Assembly: GCF_009914755.1 (NCBI RefSeq)
Contig: NC_060925.1
Strand: one strand, 5' to 3'
Origin: the human T2T-CHM13v2.0 reference genome, Homo sapiens
DNA: 64,000 nt
The translations under genes and the position numbers were made by a program. Positions 36,442 through 57,000 of the stretch are shown here, piece after piece (within the stretch, counting starts at the first letter, position 1; every line of letters starts with the position of its first letter). Under the pieces are notes generated by a model. It had not been told where the DNA came from. It made no database searches and was given only the letters and a program-made list of their open reading frames with translations.

Positions 36442-37427
36442 TGACTGAAAGGTAAAAAAGCAAAAATAGACATGATGCTAATGAGAAACAGTGAGAAATC
36501 ACAATTTTCCCTGTGCCCCACAATTATTTTTCAGGAATCAAATCTACTTATAAATTAATCAGCTGATTTCTGGCACTACACTATTTTAAAGATCAGTGAA
36601 TCAGAATGTACTTATCTTTCATATATCTGCTTATGTTAGGTTGCTGCTAGTCTACAGTTTCAGATTAAAATATAATTCAATTCCATTTACAGTTAAGTAC
36701 ATGAATACCAAAAAGACTGATTATATTACATATTAAAAGAAGAAAAATAATTCCATGCTGATGAAGAAAAAGAAGAGTGGGGGGAGAACTTAAGATACAC
36801 AAGTTCTATGGGAACACAACTACCTAAGTAAGCAATGCTACAATGCAATTATTCATGGTCTCAATGATACTTTTTAACTTTCCTTAAAAAGATCCCTATC
36901 TGAGCACTTTGGATAGTGATTAACTATCATAAAAATAATTCTGGTTCAACACTATAGTTGTGGAAGCAAAAACTTTAATCAATCTTGGCCTTCAAAAATG
37001 TCACTGCTGACAAAGAATCATTCTGTTTATGGAAAGAGTAGAAAAATAAGTCACAGTTTTTATACCAAACACATATAAACATTGCCTTTTTGCTTGTGGC
37101 TGAGGTTGATATTTCTAGAGCTGTACCTGTCTGGAACTGAGCTTATGCATTTGCAAGTCTGTCCAGTGCTCAGAAACCAATCTCCAAGACCTGACACCAC
37201 CTTCTTACACTCTTGAAAACACTCTGAGCCCTCATGACTTAAAAGAAGTTTCTTAAAGGAAAAACAAGAAGGGACTTTAACTTAAAGTCCCAGTTACTCT
37301 TGCAGAAAGCCTGGGTAACACATGAGACAAATAGCCTTTTGTTCCACAGAAAGAGAGGAATAGAAAAAAAGCTGGAATCATGACAGCAACCTGAGTTCCT
37401 CATATTTTAAAAATTACTCTCTATTGC

Positions 37428-37720
37428 AAGGTGGCTCATGCCTATAATCCCAGCACTTTGGGAAGCCAAGGTAGAAGGACAGCTTGAGCTCAGAAGTTTG
37501 AGACCAACATGAGCAACACAGCAAGACACCACCACTGCAAAAAATTTTTAATAATTAGCTAGGCATGGTGGTACATGCATGTAGTCCCAGCTATTCAGGA
37601 GACTGAGGCAGGAGTACTGCTTGAGACCAGGAGATGGAGGCTGCAGTGAGCCATGATCGTTGCCACTGCACTCTATCCTGGATGACAGAGTGAGAACCTG
37701 TCTCAGAGAAAAAAAAAAAA
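37428..37720 (+). mobile_element. AluJ
   Basis: Diverged dimeric Alu. Confidence 0.88.
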
Positions 37721-37724
37721 ACAC

Positions 37725-37960
37725 GATTCTCAGCCTCAATCTCTTCTTCTGCAAAGTGGAAATGACAACCGTAGAACAAACACTTCGTTGGGTTGCTGTA
37801 TTAAGTGACATAATTCACGAAAAATGTTTTGCAGAGTGCCTAATACATACTAAGGAACTCAAAAAATGTTATTTTGAGTTGTATTATTATTATTACAATT
37901 AATGAGATAACATACACATAAGTGCCTAGCATAGTACCTGGGCAGTATAGGTTCTCAAAA
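37725..37960 (+). mobile_element. MIR fragment
   Basis: ctcagcctcaatctcttcttctgcaaagtggaaatgac...gtgcctagcatagtacctgg. Confidence 0.65.
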
Positions 37961-38074
37961 CACAGGAGTTACTGTTTTTAGGAAATCCAAAATAATTCAG
38001 GGGAACAAAGTACTGGAATGTAGCAAGTTTCAGAGCCAGAATTCATATTTGTGTCTACCTAACTCCAAAGATCT

Positions 38075-38093
38075 TACCACAAGATGGCACTGC
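38075..38093 (+). promoter_or_regulatory. CTCF motif (forward)
   Basis: taccacaagatggcactgc is a close match to the CTCF core. Confidence 0.55.
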
Positions 38094-38211
38094 CACTGCA
38101 GTATCCCACCCCAGGCCACGTTCCTTGAAAAATTGTGAAGACATGCAGATGTCATCAAGAACAAATCACTGAATCCAATAGCATACTTTTGTATTTAAAA
38201 AATTAACTTAA

Positions 38212-38269
38212 GTGCTTGCTTTGGCAGCATATATACTAAATTTGGAACAATACAGAGAAGATTAGCATG
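38212..38269 (+). pseudogene. 3'-truncated U6 snRNA retropseudogene (U6 nt 1-58); position suggests human RNU6-1253P or its orthologue (unverified)
   Basis: gtgcttgctttggcagcatatatactaaatttggaacaatacagagaagattagcatg matches the U6 5' end at 53/58. Flanked by a 19-bp TSD atttaaaa(a/c)attaacttaa (38193-38211 and 38280-38298). Confidence 0.92.
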
Positions 38270-38527
38270 ATAAATAAGAATTTAAAACATTAACTTAATT
38301 GGATTATGATTTATATGTAATAAAACTCACTCATGAGTTTAGCCAAATATATACAGTGTTATAACCACCATACAATCAAGATAAGAACATTTCCCATAGC
38401 ACAAAAACTTTCCTCATACATTCTTAGATCAAAAGCCTGCCCCTACTCACACTGATCCTCCTTCTCACCCTAAAGATTACTTTTGTCTGGGTTCCTTTGT
38501 TTGGAGTAATGTTTTCGAGATTTATCC

Positions 38528-38838
<311 letters not shown>

Positions 38839-38873
38839 AGATTTATCCATGTTTATATGCGTACAAACAAATA

Positions 38874-39094
38874 GCTCCAAGTTTAGCTCTTTTTTTTTTT
38901 AACATGAAATGGGTGTTGAATATTGTCAAATGCTTTTTCTTATTTACTATACTAATATGGGGATGTACAGTGATGGATTATAAGCTGTTAAACAAGCTGT
39001 ACATCCCCATATTAGTATAGTAAATGAGAAAAAGCATTTGACAATATTCAACACCCATTTCATGTTAAAAAAAAAAAAGAGCTAAACTTAGAGC
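38874..39094. repeat. Near-perfect inverted repeat (97/98-bp arms, 26-nt spacer)
   Basis: 38874-38970 is the reverse complement of 38997-39094 with 2 mismatches and a T11/A12 indel. Confidence 0.95.
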
Positions 39095-39176
39095 AAAGTA
39101 GGAATATAAGGCAGCTTTGTAAACTTGATAGAGGGCATTGCTGAAGAACCTACAATAGTTGATAATGAAATACTAA

Positions 39177-39557
<381 letters not shown>

Positions 39558-39765
39558 TACTATGTTTTTGTAAACAAGCCACATGGCCTACTTGGCTATG
39601 ATGTATACTATAAACGTATTTATACATTTTATTATATTTTACTGAATTCAGTTTGCAACTATTTTGTAAAGGATTTCTCCCTCCATAGTTATAAGAAATA
39701 TTTTCCTGTAAAAATCTCTATCTAATTTTGGTATTAGGGTAATGCTAGCTTCATAAAATAAATGA

Positions 39766-40186
<421 letters not shown>

Positions 40187-40592
40187 CCTTTTTGTGGGAA
40201 GGTTTTGATTGACAATTCAATTTATATATTTGATGTACAGCTATTCAAATTTTTTACTTCTGTGAATGTGGTAACTTGTACCTTTAAAATAATTTTTCTA
40301 ACCTTTTAGAGTTTCATGTAAATTTACCAGCATAAGTTTGTTCTTAATATCACCTTATAGTCCATGTAATGTACGTAGGCGCTTCTTTCATTCCCAATAT
40401 GAATAACTTGTGTTTTCTCTTCTGTTCTTGTTTTTCACACTAGCAAAATAATTATCAGTTTTATTAATCTTTTTAAAAAACAGCTTTAGGTTTTGTTCAT
40501 TTTCTCTACTACTTATCCATTTTCCACTTACTGTTTTCTGCTCTTATACATATTATTATGCTTCTGTACTTACTTTGGGTTTGATTTGCTCA

Positions 40593-40920
<328 letters not shown>

Positions 40921-41673
40921 TAACGGCTTCATTAAGATGTGTTTAACGTAAAATAAACTGCACATATTTGAAATCTAAATTTAATAAGTTTAAACAATTG
41001 AATCCAACAATGAAATCACCACCTTAATCAATGTTATGAATTTATCCATCACCCTCAATGGTTTCCATGTGCCCCTTGGTAATTCCACCATACCATCCCC
41101 AACCTCTTCCCTAGAGAACCACTAATTTGATTTCTATGACTGTGCCTTAGTTTGAATTTTCTAGAATTTTACATAATGGAATTGCAGAATGTATTCTGGA
41201 TTCTTTCACTCAAAATGAACTGAGATTTTTCCATATCATTGCAGGTAACAATAGCCCACTCCTTTTATTAATAAGTATACCACTGTATGCATATACAACA
41301 ATTTGGTTTATGTACATTTGGGGTTGTTTCCTGTTTGGAGCTATTACAAAGAAAGTTGCTATAAACAATAATGTACACGTCTTTGGTGGACATATGCCTC
41401 CATTTCTCTTGAGAACCTATGTAGAAACTACCAAAGTGTTTTACAAAGTGGCTTCCATTGCAATGTCTTCAAGTTTACCAGTATTTTCTTCAATGTCAGA
41501 TCTGCTGTTAATCTCATCTGGTGGCTTTTCACTTCAGACATCACAGTCTTCAACTCTAGTTGTTCAACTGGGTCATTTCTACATTTCCAATGCCTTATTT
41601 TAAACCTTCCCTCTCTCTTTTTGAACACAGGTAATACAGTTAATAATAACTGCTCTAATGTCATTATCTGTTC

Positions 41674-41971
<298 letters not shown>

Positions 41972-42600
41972 TATCTGCTCATTCTAACATCTAGGTTAGA
42001 CCTGGGTTGGTTATGATTGATCAATTTCTCTCCTCATTATGGGCCAGGTTTTTCTACATCTTTGCGTGCCTGGTAATTTTTTATTGGATGCCTGACATTG
42101 TAAATTTTATCTTGTTAAGTGCTGGATATTTTTGTAATCCTATAAATATTCCTGAGCTTAATTTTGGGATGCAGTTATGTTACTTAGACACAATTTAATC
42201 CTTTTGTGTTTTGCTTTTAAGATTTGTTAGTCAGCATTGCCCAAGCAGTATTTAATCTTGTACTAGTACTCTCCACCACTGAGGAAAGATCCTTCTGAGT
42301 AGTGTAACCAAAGCCACATGAATTATGAGGTTTTCCAATCTAGCTGGTAGGAACAGACACTATTACCAATTTTGTTCCCACTAAGCCTTTTGGGTGGTTT
42401 TTAGTTGTAATAGGAATGACAGTAAATCTGATTCCTGTTATTCCATACTGGCTGGAAATGAAATGGACTTTTCCTACTTCTTAGATGGAAGCTTTAGTCC
42501 TTGCTTTTACAACTTTCTTTATCTGTAATTAAGCATTTGAACCATAAGTTTCCCTCTCAATACCAATTTCTCAGTATCAAACAAATGCTGATATGCCATG

Positions 42601-44869
42601 TGTATTAGTCCATTTTCACACTGCTGATAAAGATATACCTGAGATTGGGCAATTTACAAAAGAAAGAGGTTTAATGGACTTACAGTTCCAAATGGTTGGG
42701 GAGGCCCTATAATCATGGTGGAAGGCAAGGAGGAGCAAGTCACATCTTACATGAATGGCAGCAAGCAGAGAGAGGTTGTGTAGGGAAACTCCTCCTTACA
42801 AAACCATCAGATCTGATAAGACTTGCTCACTATCATGAGAACAGCATGGGAAAGACCCACCCCCATGACTCAATTACCTCCCACAAGGTCCCTCCCACAA
42901 CACGTGGGAATTCAAGATGAGATTTGGGTGGGGACACAGCCAAACCATATCATTCTGCCCCTGGCCCCTCCAAAATCTCATGTCCTCACATTTCCAACCA
43001 ATCATGCCTTCCCAACAGTCCCCCAAAGTCTTAACTCATTTCACCATTAACTCAAAAGTCCACAGTCCAAATCTGAGACAAGGCAAGTCCCTTCGACCTA
43101 CGAGCCTGTAAAATCAAAAGCAAGTTAGTTACTTCCTAGATACAATGGGGGTACCGGCATTGGATAAATACACCCATTCCAAAGGGAAGAAACTGGCCAA
43201 AATGAAGGGCTAAAGGCTCCATGAAAGTCCAAAATCCAGCAGGGCAGTCAAATCTTAAAGCTCCAAAATGATCTCCTTTGACTCCAAGTCTCACATCTAG
43301 GTCACATTGATGCAAGAGGTGGCCTCCCATGGCCTTGGGCAGCTCCGCCCTTGTGGCTTTGCAGGGTATAGCATACCTCCTGGCTGCTTTCAAGGGCTGG
43401 CACTGAGTGTCTGTGGCTTTTCCAGGTTCACGGTGCAAGCTGTCCGTGGATCTACCATTCTGGGGTCTGGAGAACAGTGGCTGTCTTCTCACATCTCCAC
43501 TAAGCGGTGCCCAGTAGGGACTCTGTGTGGGGGCTCTGACCCCACATTTCCCTTTTGCGCTGCCCTAGCAGAGGCCCTCCAGGAGTGCCCCACCCCCACA
43601 GCAAGCTTCTGCCTGGGCATCCAGGCACTTCTACACATCTTCTGAAATATAGGCAGAGGTTCCCAAACCTCAATTCTTGACTTCTGTGCACTTGCAGGCT
43701 CAACACCACATGGAAGCTGCCAAGGCTTGGAGCTTGTACCCTCTGAAGCCACAGCCCAAGCTCTGCATTGACTCCTTTCAGCCACAGCTGCAGCAGCTGG
43801 GATGCAAGGCACCAAGTCCCTAGGCTGCACACAGCACAGGGACCCTGGGTCCAGCCCACGAAACCACTTTTTCTTTCTAGGCCTCTGGGTCTGTCATGGG
43901 AGGGCCTGCTGTGAAGACCTCTGACACGCCCTGGAGACATTTTCCCCATTGTCTTGGGGATTAACATTTGGCTCCTTATTACTTATGCAAATTTCTGCAG
44001 CTGGCTTAAATTCTCCTCAGAAAATGGGATTTTCTTTTCTATCACATTGTCAGGCTACAAATTTTCTGAACTTACATGCTCTGCTTCCCTTATAAAACTG
44101 AATGCCTTTAACAGCACCCAAGTCACCTCTTGAACACTTTGCTGCTTAGAAATTTCTTCTGCCAAATACCCTAAATCATCTCCTCAAGTTCAAAGTTCTA
44201 CAAATCTCTAGGGCAGAGGCAAAATGCTGCCAGCATCTTTGCTAAAACACAACAAGAGTCACCTCTGCTCCATTTCCCAACAAGTTCTTCATCTCCATCT
44301 AAGACCACCTAAGCCTGAACTTTATTGTCCATATCGCTATCAGCATTTTGAGCAAAGCCATTCAACAAGTCTCCAGGAGGTTCCAAACTTTCCTGCATTT
44401 TTCTGTCTTCTTCATAGCCCTCCAAACTATTCCAAACTCTGCGTGTTACCCAGTTCCAAAGTCACTTCCACATTTTCAGGTATCTTTTCAGCAGTGCCCC
44501 ACTCTCAGTACCAATTTACTGTATTAGTCCATTTTCACGCTGCTGATAAAGACATACCTGAGACTGGGTAATTTATACAGAAGAAAGGGTTTAACGGACT
44601 TATAGTTCCACATGGTTGGGGAGGCCTCACAATCATGCTGGAAGGCAAGGTGGAGCAAGTCACATCTTACATGGATGGCAGCAGGCAAAGAGAGAGAGCT
44701 TGTGCAGGGAAACTCCTCCTTATAAAATCATCAGATCTCATGAGACTTATTCACTATCACGAGAACAGCATGGGAAAGACCTGCCCCCATAACTCAATTA
44801 CCTCCCATCAGGTCCCTCCCTGTGGGAATTCAAGATGAGATTTGGAAGGGACACAGCCAAACCATATCA
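42601..44869 (-). mobile_element. Complete THE1 (THE1C-like) MaLR provirus: LTRs 42601-42952 and 44520-44869
   Basis: Two LTRs tgtattagtccattttcac...aaaccatatca with THE1 internal sequence between them. TSD ccatg/tcatg. Confidence 0.92.
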
Positions 44870-44874
44870 TCATG

Positions 44875-47026
<2,152 letters not shown>

Positions 47027-47055
47027 TGTATTTATTATTCTTAAATCTCTCTTTT

Positions 47056-48015
47056 ATTTTAATTTTTTTAAAATTATTATTATACTTTAAGTTTTAGGGT
47101 ACATGTGCACAATGTGCAGGTTAGTTACATATGTATACATGTGCCATGCTGGTGTGCTGCACCCATTAACTCGTCATTTAGCATTAGGTATATCTCCTAA
47201 AGTTATCCCTCCCCCCTCCCCCCCACCCCACAACAGTCCCCAGAGTGTGATGTTCCCCTTCCTGTGTCCAAGTGTTCTCATTGTTCAATTCCCACCTATG
47301 AGTGAGAATATGCAGTGTTTGGTTTTTTGTTCTTGTGATAGTTTACTGAGAATGATGGTTTCCAATTTCATCCATGTCCCTACAAAGGACATGAACTCAT
47401 CATTTTTTATGGCTGCATAGTATTCCATGGTGTATATGTGCCACATTTTCTTAATCCAGTTTATCATTGTTGGACATTTGGGTTGGTTCCAAGTCTTTGC
47501 TATTGTGAATAGTGCCGCAATAAACATACGTGTGCATGTGTCTTTATAGCAGCATGATTTATAGTCCTTTGCATATATACCCAGTAATGGGATGGCTGGG
47601 TCAAATGGTATTTCTAGTTCTAGATCCCTGAGGAATTGCCACACTGACTTCCACAATGGTTGAACTAGTTTACAGTCACACCAACAGTGTAAAAGTGTTC
47701 CTATTTCTCCACATCCTCTCCAGCACCTGTTGTTTCCTGACTTTTTAATGATCGTCATTCTAACTGGTGTGAGATGGTAACTCATTGTGGTTTTGATTTG
47801 CATTTTTCTGGTAGCCAGTGATGATGAGCATTTTTTCATGTGTTTTTTGGCTGCATAAATATCTTCTTTTGAGAAGTGTCTGTTCATGTTCTTCACCCAC
47901 TTTTTGATGGGGTTGTTTGTTTTTTTCTTGTAAATTTGTTTGAGTTCACTGTAGATTCTGGATACTCGCCCTTTGTCAGATGAGTAGGTTGCTCTTTGTC
48001 AGATGAGTAGGTTGC
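47056..48015 (-). mobile_element. L1PA3/4-like 3' segment (ORF2 C-terminus, 3'UTR, poly-A); non-inverted arm of a twin-primed insertion
   Basis: ORF 47285-47896 is the L1 ORF2 C-terminus. The 3'UTR has the non-Ta diagnostic gctaaatgacgagttaatggg. TSD taaatctctctttt at 47042. Confidence 0.93.
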
Positions 48016-50860
<2,845 letters not shown>

Positions 50861-50889
50861 TAAATCTCTCTTTTAAAATATAGAATGTA

Positions 50890-51220
50890 GGCCAGGCGCG
50901 TTGGCTCATACCTGTAATCCCAGCACTTTGGGAGGCCAAGGCAGGTGATCACCTGAGGTCAGGAGTTCAAGACCAGCCTAGCCAACATACTGAAACCCTG
51001 TCTCTACTAAAAATACAAAAAAATTAGCTGGGGCATGGTGGCATGCGTCTGTAGTCCCAGCTACTCGGGTGGCTGAGGCAGGAGAATCACTTGAACTCAG
51101 GAGGTAGTGGTTGCTGTAAGCCGAGATGACGCCACTGCACTCCAACCTGGGTGACAGAGTTAGGCTCCATCTCAAAAAATAAATACATAAAATATAAAAT
51201 AAAACAAAATAAAATATAAA
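50890..51220 (+). mobile_element. Alu (AluS-like)
   Basis: TSD aaaatata(g/a)aatgta. Confidence 0.92.
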
Positions 51221-51639
51221 ATGTATCTTTGTTTCTCTGGCTCTGGCTGCTTTCAAGACTTTTCTAATACTGATTTTTAACAATTTGATAATGATGTGCC
51301 TTGATGCGGTTTCCTCTGAGTTACTCCTGCTTGTTGTTATGAAACTTCTTAGATTTGTGAGTTTATAGTTCTCACCAAATTTGGCTAGCATTGAGTTATT
51401 CGTTAAAATTTCCCCCTTTCCACTCTCTCCTCTATTTTAGGGGCTCTAATCAGACATACATTGTACCATTTTATATTTGCCTAGAAGTCGTTCAGACAAC
51501 ATCCTTCCCTCTCCAGCCTCTAGCTCCCAGTATTTTTGCTGTGTGTGCTTCAGTTTGCATTGTTTTTATTGCTATGTCTTCATATTCACTGACCTTTTCA
51601 ACAGTTAAACTGTTAAATCCATCAGAGTAAATTATTGAT

Positions 51640-52150
51640 ATCACATAATGTATCGACATTTTGTTAATATCATAGCAAAGTGAACCAATATTTTCCAAAT
51701 GACCAATGGATTTTAATATAACAGAACATTAAAATTTCATTGAAGTGGTTTCAGGTTTTACATTGCAATAAACTTTTAAGAAACCACCATTTCCCAAATT
51801 TCAGTGTACTATCAATTAAGAATGTCCATAATTATCTGACTATTAAAATATCCCTCCCTTCACCAACTATATAGCTGTTTGGTGGCATTTTCTTTATATA
51901 CTTCAACAGAAGTAACATACTGCAACAGAATAAATGGAGGAGGAGATATAAGAATCCAGCTTTTATATGGACAGATATTGAAGAGTTTGCAATGCACCTA
52001 AGAGAATACCACTTTCTCATTACTTTTTTTGTTCTGAAAAATTATTTTTCATTAAGAGTCTTATTTATGTTAATATGTAAGGAGTTCATTACTATTATTA
52101 ATTAAGAAATATTTTTAACTTCCTCAGTTTTAATTACTAATATGGAAAAT
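51640..52150. mobile_element. Charlie1-like hAT DNA transposon fragment
   Basis: gtgaaccaatattttccaaatgacca, cattgcaataaacttttaagaaac, gatataagaatccagc. Confidence 0.7.
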
Positions 52151-52154
52151 ATTT

Positions 52155-52680
52155 ATTCTGGGGTCTCAGTACTAACTGTACCCTGTGTGCGACAAAGTCT
52201 TTTTCCTCTGGTGGGAAGGAATTCAATAGTATTCTAGTCTTACGTATAAGGTCGAGGAATTGTTCAGCGTACTCAATCGTGTAGAGATTACTATTCAGCC
52301 AAAGATTTGCAGAAAGCATCATTCAGATACCTGCATGTTTCCCTATGTAGCAATCTTTCTCTTAGTACTGAGCCCTATACATTCCAATCTCAGTCTCAGG
52401 GAATCTCCTAGCTCTTTAACTCTGCAGGACCGTTGGGCTCTGCTTACATTCCCTTTTTCATGGACTGTTGTATAGAAATTTTCTCCATGCAGAAATCAGG
52501 GGCATCTACAGGGCTCACCTTGCTTGTTTCCCATTTCTCATGAATCATAGGCCTACGCTGCCTAATGCCCAATGCCTGCAAGCAGTTGTTTCATATATTT
52601 TCTCCAGCTTTCCAGGTGTGTACAGCAGGAAGAGAGGTACTATATCAGTTATTCCTTCAAGGGCAAAAGTAGAAATTCTG
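52155..52680 (-). mobile_element. L1ME-type 5' region (antisense)
   Basis: ttctggggtctc...ggaattgttcagc...attcagccaaaga...agggctcacctt...agttgtttcatatattt. Confidence 0.65.
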
Positions 52681-53724
52681 TTAATTTTCTAAGGTTCATT
52701 ACTGCCAAGAAAAATTTCAATGTTTTCTCAGATTTAGAGTTTCAGATAAACTAACCTGTCAGAGATGTAATTTACAAGAGCTTATTCCTCCATATTTTGG
52801 ACACATTAATTCAATTTTACATGAAAATGTCTATCTTTACGTTGGAAACTAGGGTGGTTCACATTCATGTGGCTCTATGTTAACACAAACCAAGTTATTA
52901 CCATAAATCATTTCACCTAACAATTTATCTTACAGATTAATATGGATATTGCAAATGCTGCTCTGAGTACAATTCTTTGCTTTATGTTTTTAACAGCAAT
53001 CTTTCTCTAGAATTTTCCAGGGCATAGTGACAAGAAGGCTACAAAAAGAAAAAAGGTCTAACTCAAACCTAAGTAAGCAATAATTCCAAGTGGATATTTG
53101 CCTGCCCAGGAGAGAAATAATTAGCAAAAGGTCATTCAGTTTAGTTGGCTACACTCCAATAAACTGAAAACACTTTACACACACTCTATCTGCCATTTAA
53201 ATGCCTAAAAAATAGATCATTTGGAATAGTGTTTTTATTTTTCTTCAGAGTCTCAAATTTTAACCAATACATTATCTACAGAATTTAATACCTTTTTTCA
53301 AGGTCATTTGGAAGGAATTTATTCCTTAATTTATAGTATTAAACCTTCATAATTTCTAGAAGGCAACTAAACATTAAGGATAGGGGACTCTGCTCCTATA
53401 AAACAAGTGGCTATTAATATAGTCCAATTATTTCCATTCAGAGAAAAAAAATGTAGTGAAAGTTGGATACTGTAGCTCTACTAACCATTTCTAATCAGAA
53501 TGTAGCACATTACTGCAATCTTCCAATAACTAAGATGAAAAGCATAATCCCTATATATGACTAAATGACTATTACTGAGCCAAATTACAGGCCCTCTATG
53601 GGCTTCTGGACCTCAAATTCCACATGATTTAAAAAAGAAAAAACTACTAAACACATTTCATGTTAATACTGCCTGTTACCACTTTGTAAAATTTAAAATA
53701 TCAACATTAAAAAGAGTAAAATAG

Positions 53725-54040
<316 letters not shown>

Positions 54041-57000
54041 TCAGAGTAGAAACAATAAAAAACTCAGACCTGTTACCCAGAAGCAACAAAACATGCAATA
54101 ATATTACATCATTTGGATTTTTCTCAAGCACAATTATCAAAAGCAAATTTCTTCTTTGTTCTATTAACATGTTTTATAATATGAGAAATCATTCACTGCC
54201 TCCATTCATTTCTTTCTTTTAAACATTATAAGCCATTACCCCCTAGAATACTTTTTGTTTATAAACTATGAAAGTTATTGCTTTGAGCAAAATCAAATTA
54301 AGATTCTATATGGGTAGAGATAATTCAGACTCTTATGGCCAGAAAGGACCCATCCAAGAAGATGTTTAAAACCACTCTGGGGAAGTGCTGAAGATGGCCA
54401 ACTAGCTGCAGCCAGGATGAACATCTGCTGCCACCAAGAGACTGGGACATTAGGAAGCCTGGGGCATTCTAAGCAGATCTTTGGAGGGAAGGCATTCAGA
54501 GTGGATGAAGGGAGGACAAAGATGCTGGACCAAAGGGGTAGGAAGCTGGGGATCCAGCACAGGGCTACCGTGCACAGGTATTCATTCTTGGCCCCCAACA
54601 ACTCCAAAGGAAGGGAAACAAAGTCAGTTGACTAAACTCACCTTATACCACAATCAAACCCCCAAGGGCATCAAAGAAGATAAAAACAAACAAACAAGCA
54701 AGCAAGCAAAAAAAAAAAAAAAAAAAAACCACACATCCAAAAGACAGCAACTTCAAAGACTGAATGCTCAGCTCATACAGATGAGAAAGAACCAGTGTAA
54801 GAACTCTGCCAATTTAAAAAGCCACAGTGTCTTCTCACCTCCACACAACCACACTAGTTCCCCAGCAATAGGTCTTAACCAGGTTGAAATGACTAAAATG
54901 ACAGAAACAGAATTCAGAATATGGATAAGAATGAAGATCATCAAGATTCAGGAGAAAGCTGAAACCCAATAAAGGATTCTAAGGAATACAATAAAATGAT
55001 TTGGGAGATGAAAAATGAAATGGCCATTGTAAGAAAGAACCAAAGTGATCTGATAGAGCTGAGAAACTCACTTTAAGAATTTCAGAAGACAATCCAGTAT
55101 TAACATCAGAATTAGCCAACTGGAGAAAAGAAACCCAAAGCTCAAACACTGGTTCCCCAAAATAACTCAGACTAAAATTAAAAAGACTCAAAAAAGAACA
55201 AACAAAACCTCTAAAAAATTTGGCATTACATTAAGAGACCACATCTACATCTCACTGGTGTCCCTGAAAAAGAGGGAGAGAAAGCAAGCAACGTGGAAAA
55301 CATATTTTAGGATATAATTCGCGAAAATTTCCCCAGCCTCACTAGACATGCCAACATTCAAATATAAGAAATGCAGAGAATGCCTCTGAGATACTATATA
55401 AGACAACTATGCCCAAGACACATAGTCTTCAGATTCTTAAAGGTCGAAATAAAAGACAAAATAAAAGACAGCTGGAGAAAAGGGACAGGTAACCTACAAA
55501 GGGAACCCCACAGACTAACAGTGTACCTTTTGGCAGAAAACCTATAAGCCAGAAGAGATTGGGGGTTTATATTCAGCATTCTTAAGGAAAAGAAATTCTA
55601 ATCAAGAGCTTCATATCCTGCCAGATTAAGCTTCATAAATGAATCCTTTTCAGATGAGCAAATGCTAGGAATTTGTCACCACGAGACCTGCCTTATAGAC
55701 ACTCCTTAAGGGTGTGCTAAATATGGAAAGGAAAGACCATTACTAGACACCACAAAAACTCACTTAAATACATAGGCCATTAGCCCTACAAACAATTACA
55801 CAATCAAGTCTGCATAATAACCAGGTAACAATCCGATGACTGGATCAAATCCACACCTATCAATATAAACTTTGAATGTAAATGGGCTAAAAGCCCCCAT
55901 TAAAAGGCACAGAGTGGCAAGTTAGATACAGAAGAAAGACCCAACTGTATGCTGCCAAAAAGAGAACCATCACATGTGCAATGACACCCACTGGCTAAAA
56001 GTAAAGGGACAGAGAAAAATCTACCAAGTCAACAGAAAACAGAACAAAACAGGGGTTGCTATTCTAACTTCAGACAAAACACACCTTAAACCAAAAAGAT
56101 TAAAAAAAGATAAAGAAGGGCATTACATAATGCTAAAGGGTTCAATTCAACAAGAAGACCTAACTATCCTAAATATATGCACCAAACATAAAAGCACCCG
56201 GATTCATATAGCAAGTTCTTAGAGATCTACAAAGAGACTTAAGATAACCACACAATAATAGTAGACTTCAACACCCCACTGATAGAATTAGATCACTGAG
56301 GCAAAAGACTAACAAAGATAAAATCTGAACTCAATATTAGACCAAAAGAACCTGACAGATATCTACAGAACTCTACACCCAAAAACAACAAAATATATAT
56401 TCTTCTCATCTGTACATGGTACATACTCTAAATTCCATCACATAATTGTCCATAAAACAATCCTTAGCAAATTAAAAAAAAATAAAAACAATAGCAATCA
56501 CACTACTGAACCAGTGCAATAAAAATAGAAATTGATAGTAAGAAAATCACTCAAAAGCATACAATTTAATGGAAATTAAACAACCTATCCTGAATGACTA
56601 TGGGGTAAATAATAAAATAAAGGCAGAATTAAAGCAATTCTTTGAAACTAATGAGATCAAAGATGCAATGTAACAGAAACTCTGGGACACAGCTTAAGCA
56701 GTGTTAAGAGAAAAGTTTATAACACTAAATGTCCACAGCAAAAAGTTAGAAAGACCTCAAATTAACAATCTAACATCACACATCACACCTAGAGGAACTA
56801 AAGAAACAAGAAGAAACCAATTACAAAGTTAGGAGAAGACAAGAAATAACCAAAATCAAAGCTGAACTGAAGGAAACTGAGACATAAAAAAATATACAAA
56901 AGACTGAGTCCAGGAATTAGTTCCTTGAAAGAATATGACTGATAGACTACTAAGTAGACTTAAAAAAAAAACAGGAGAGAAAGAGAGAGAGATAGCTCCA

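Noticed and set aside
52137-52322. CpG-containing, protein-like ORF (LYTIEYAEQFLDLIRK...) as a possible viral or foreign insert
   Set aside because: The nucleotides align with the L1ME-type 5' region (ttctggggtctc...ggaattgttcagc...attcagccaaaga), so it is a decayed L1.
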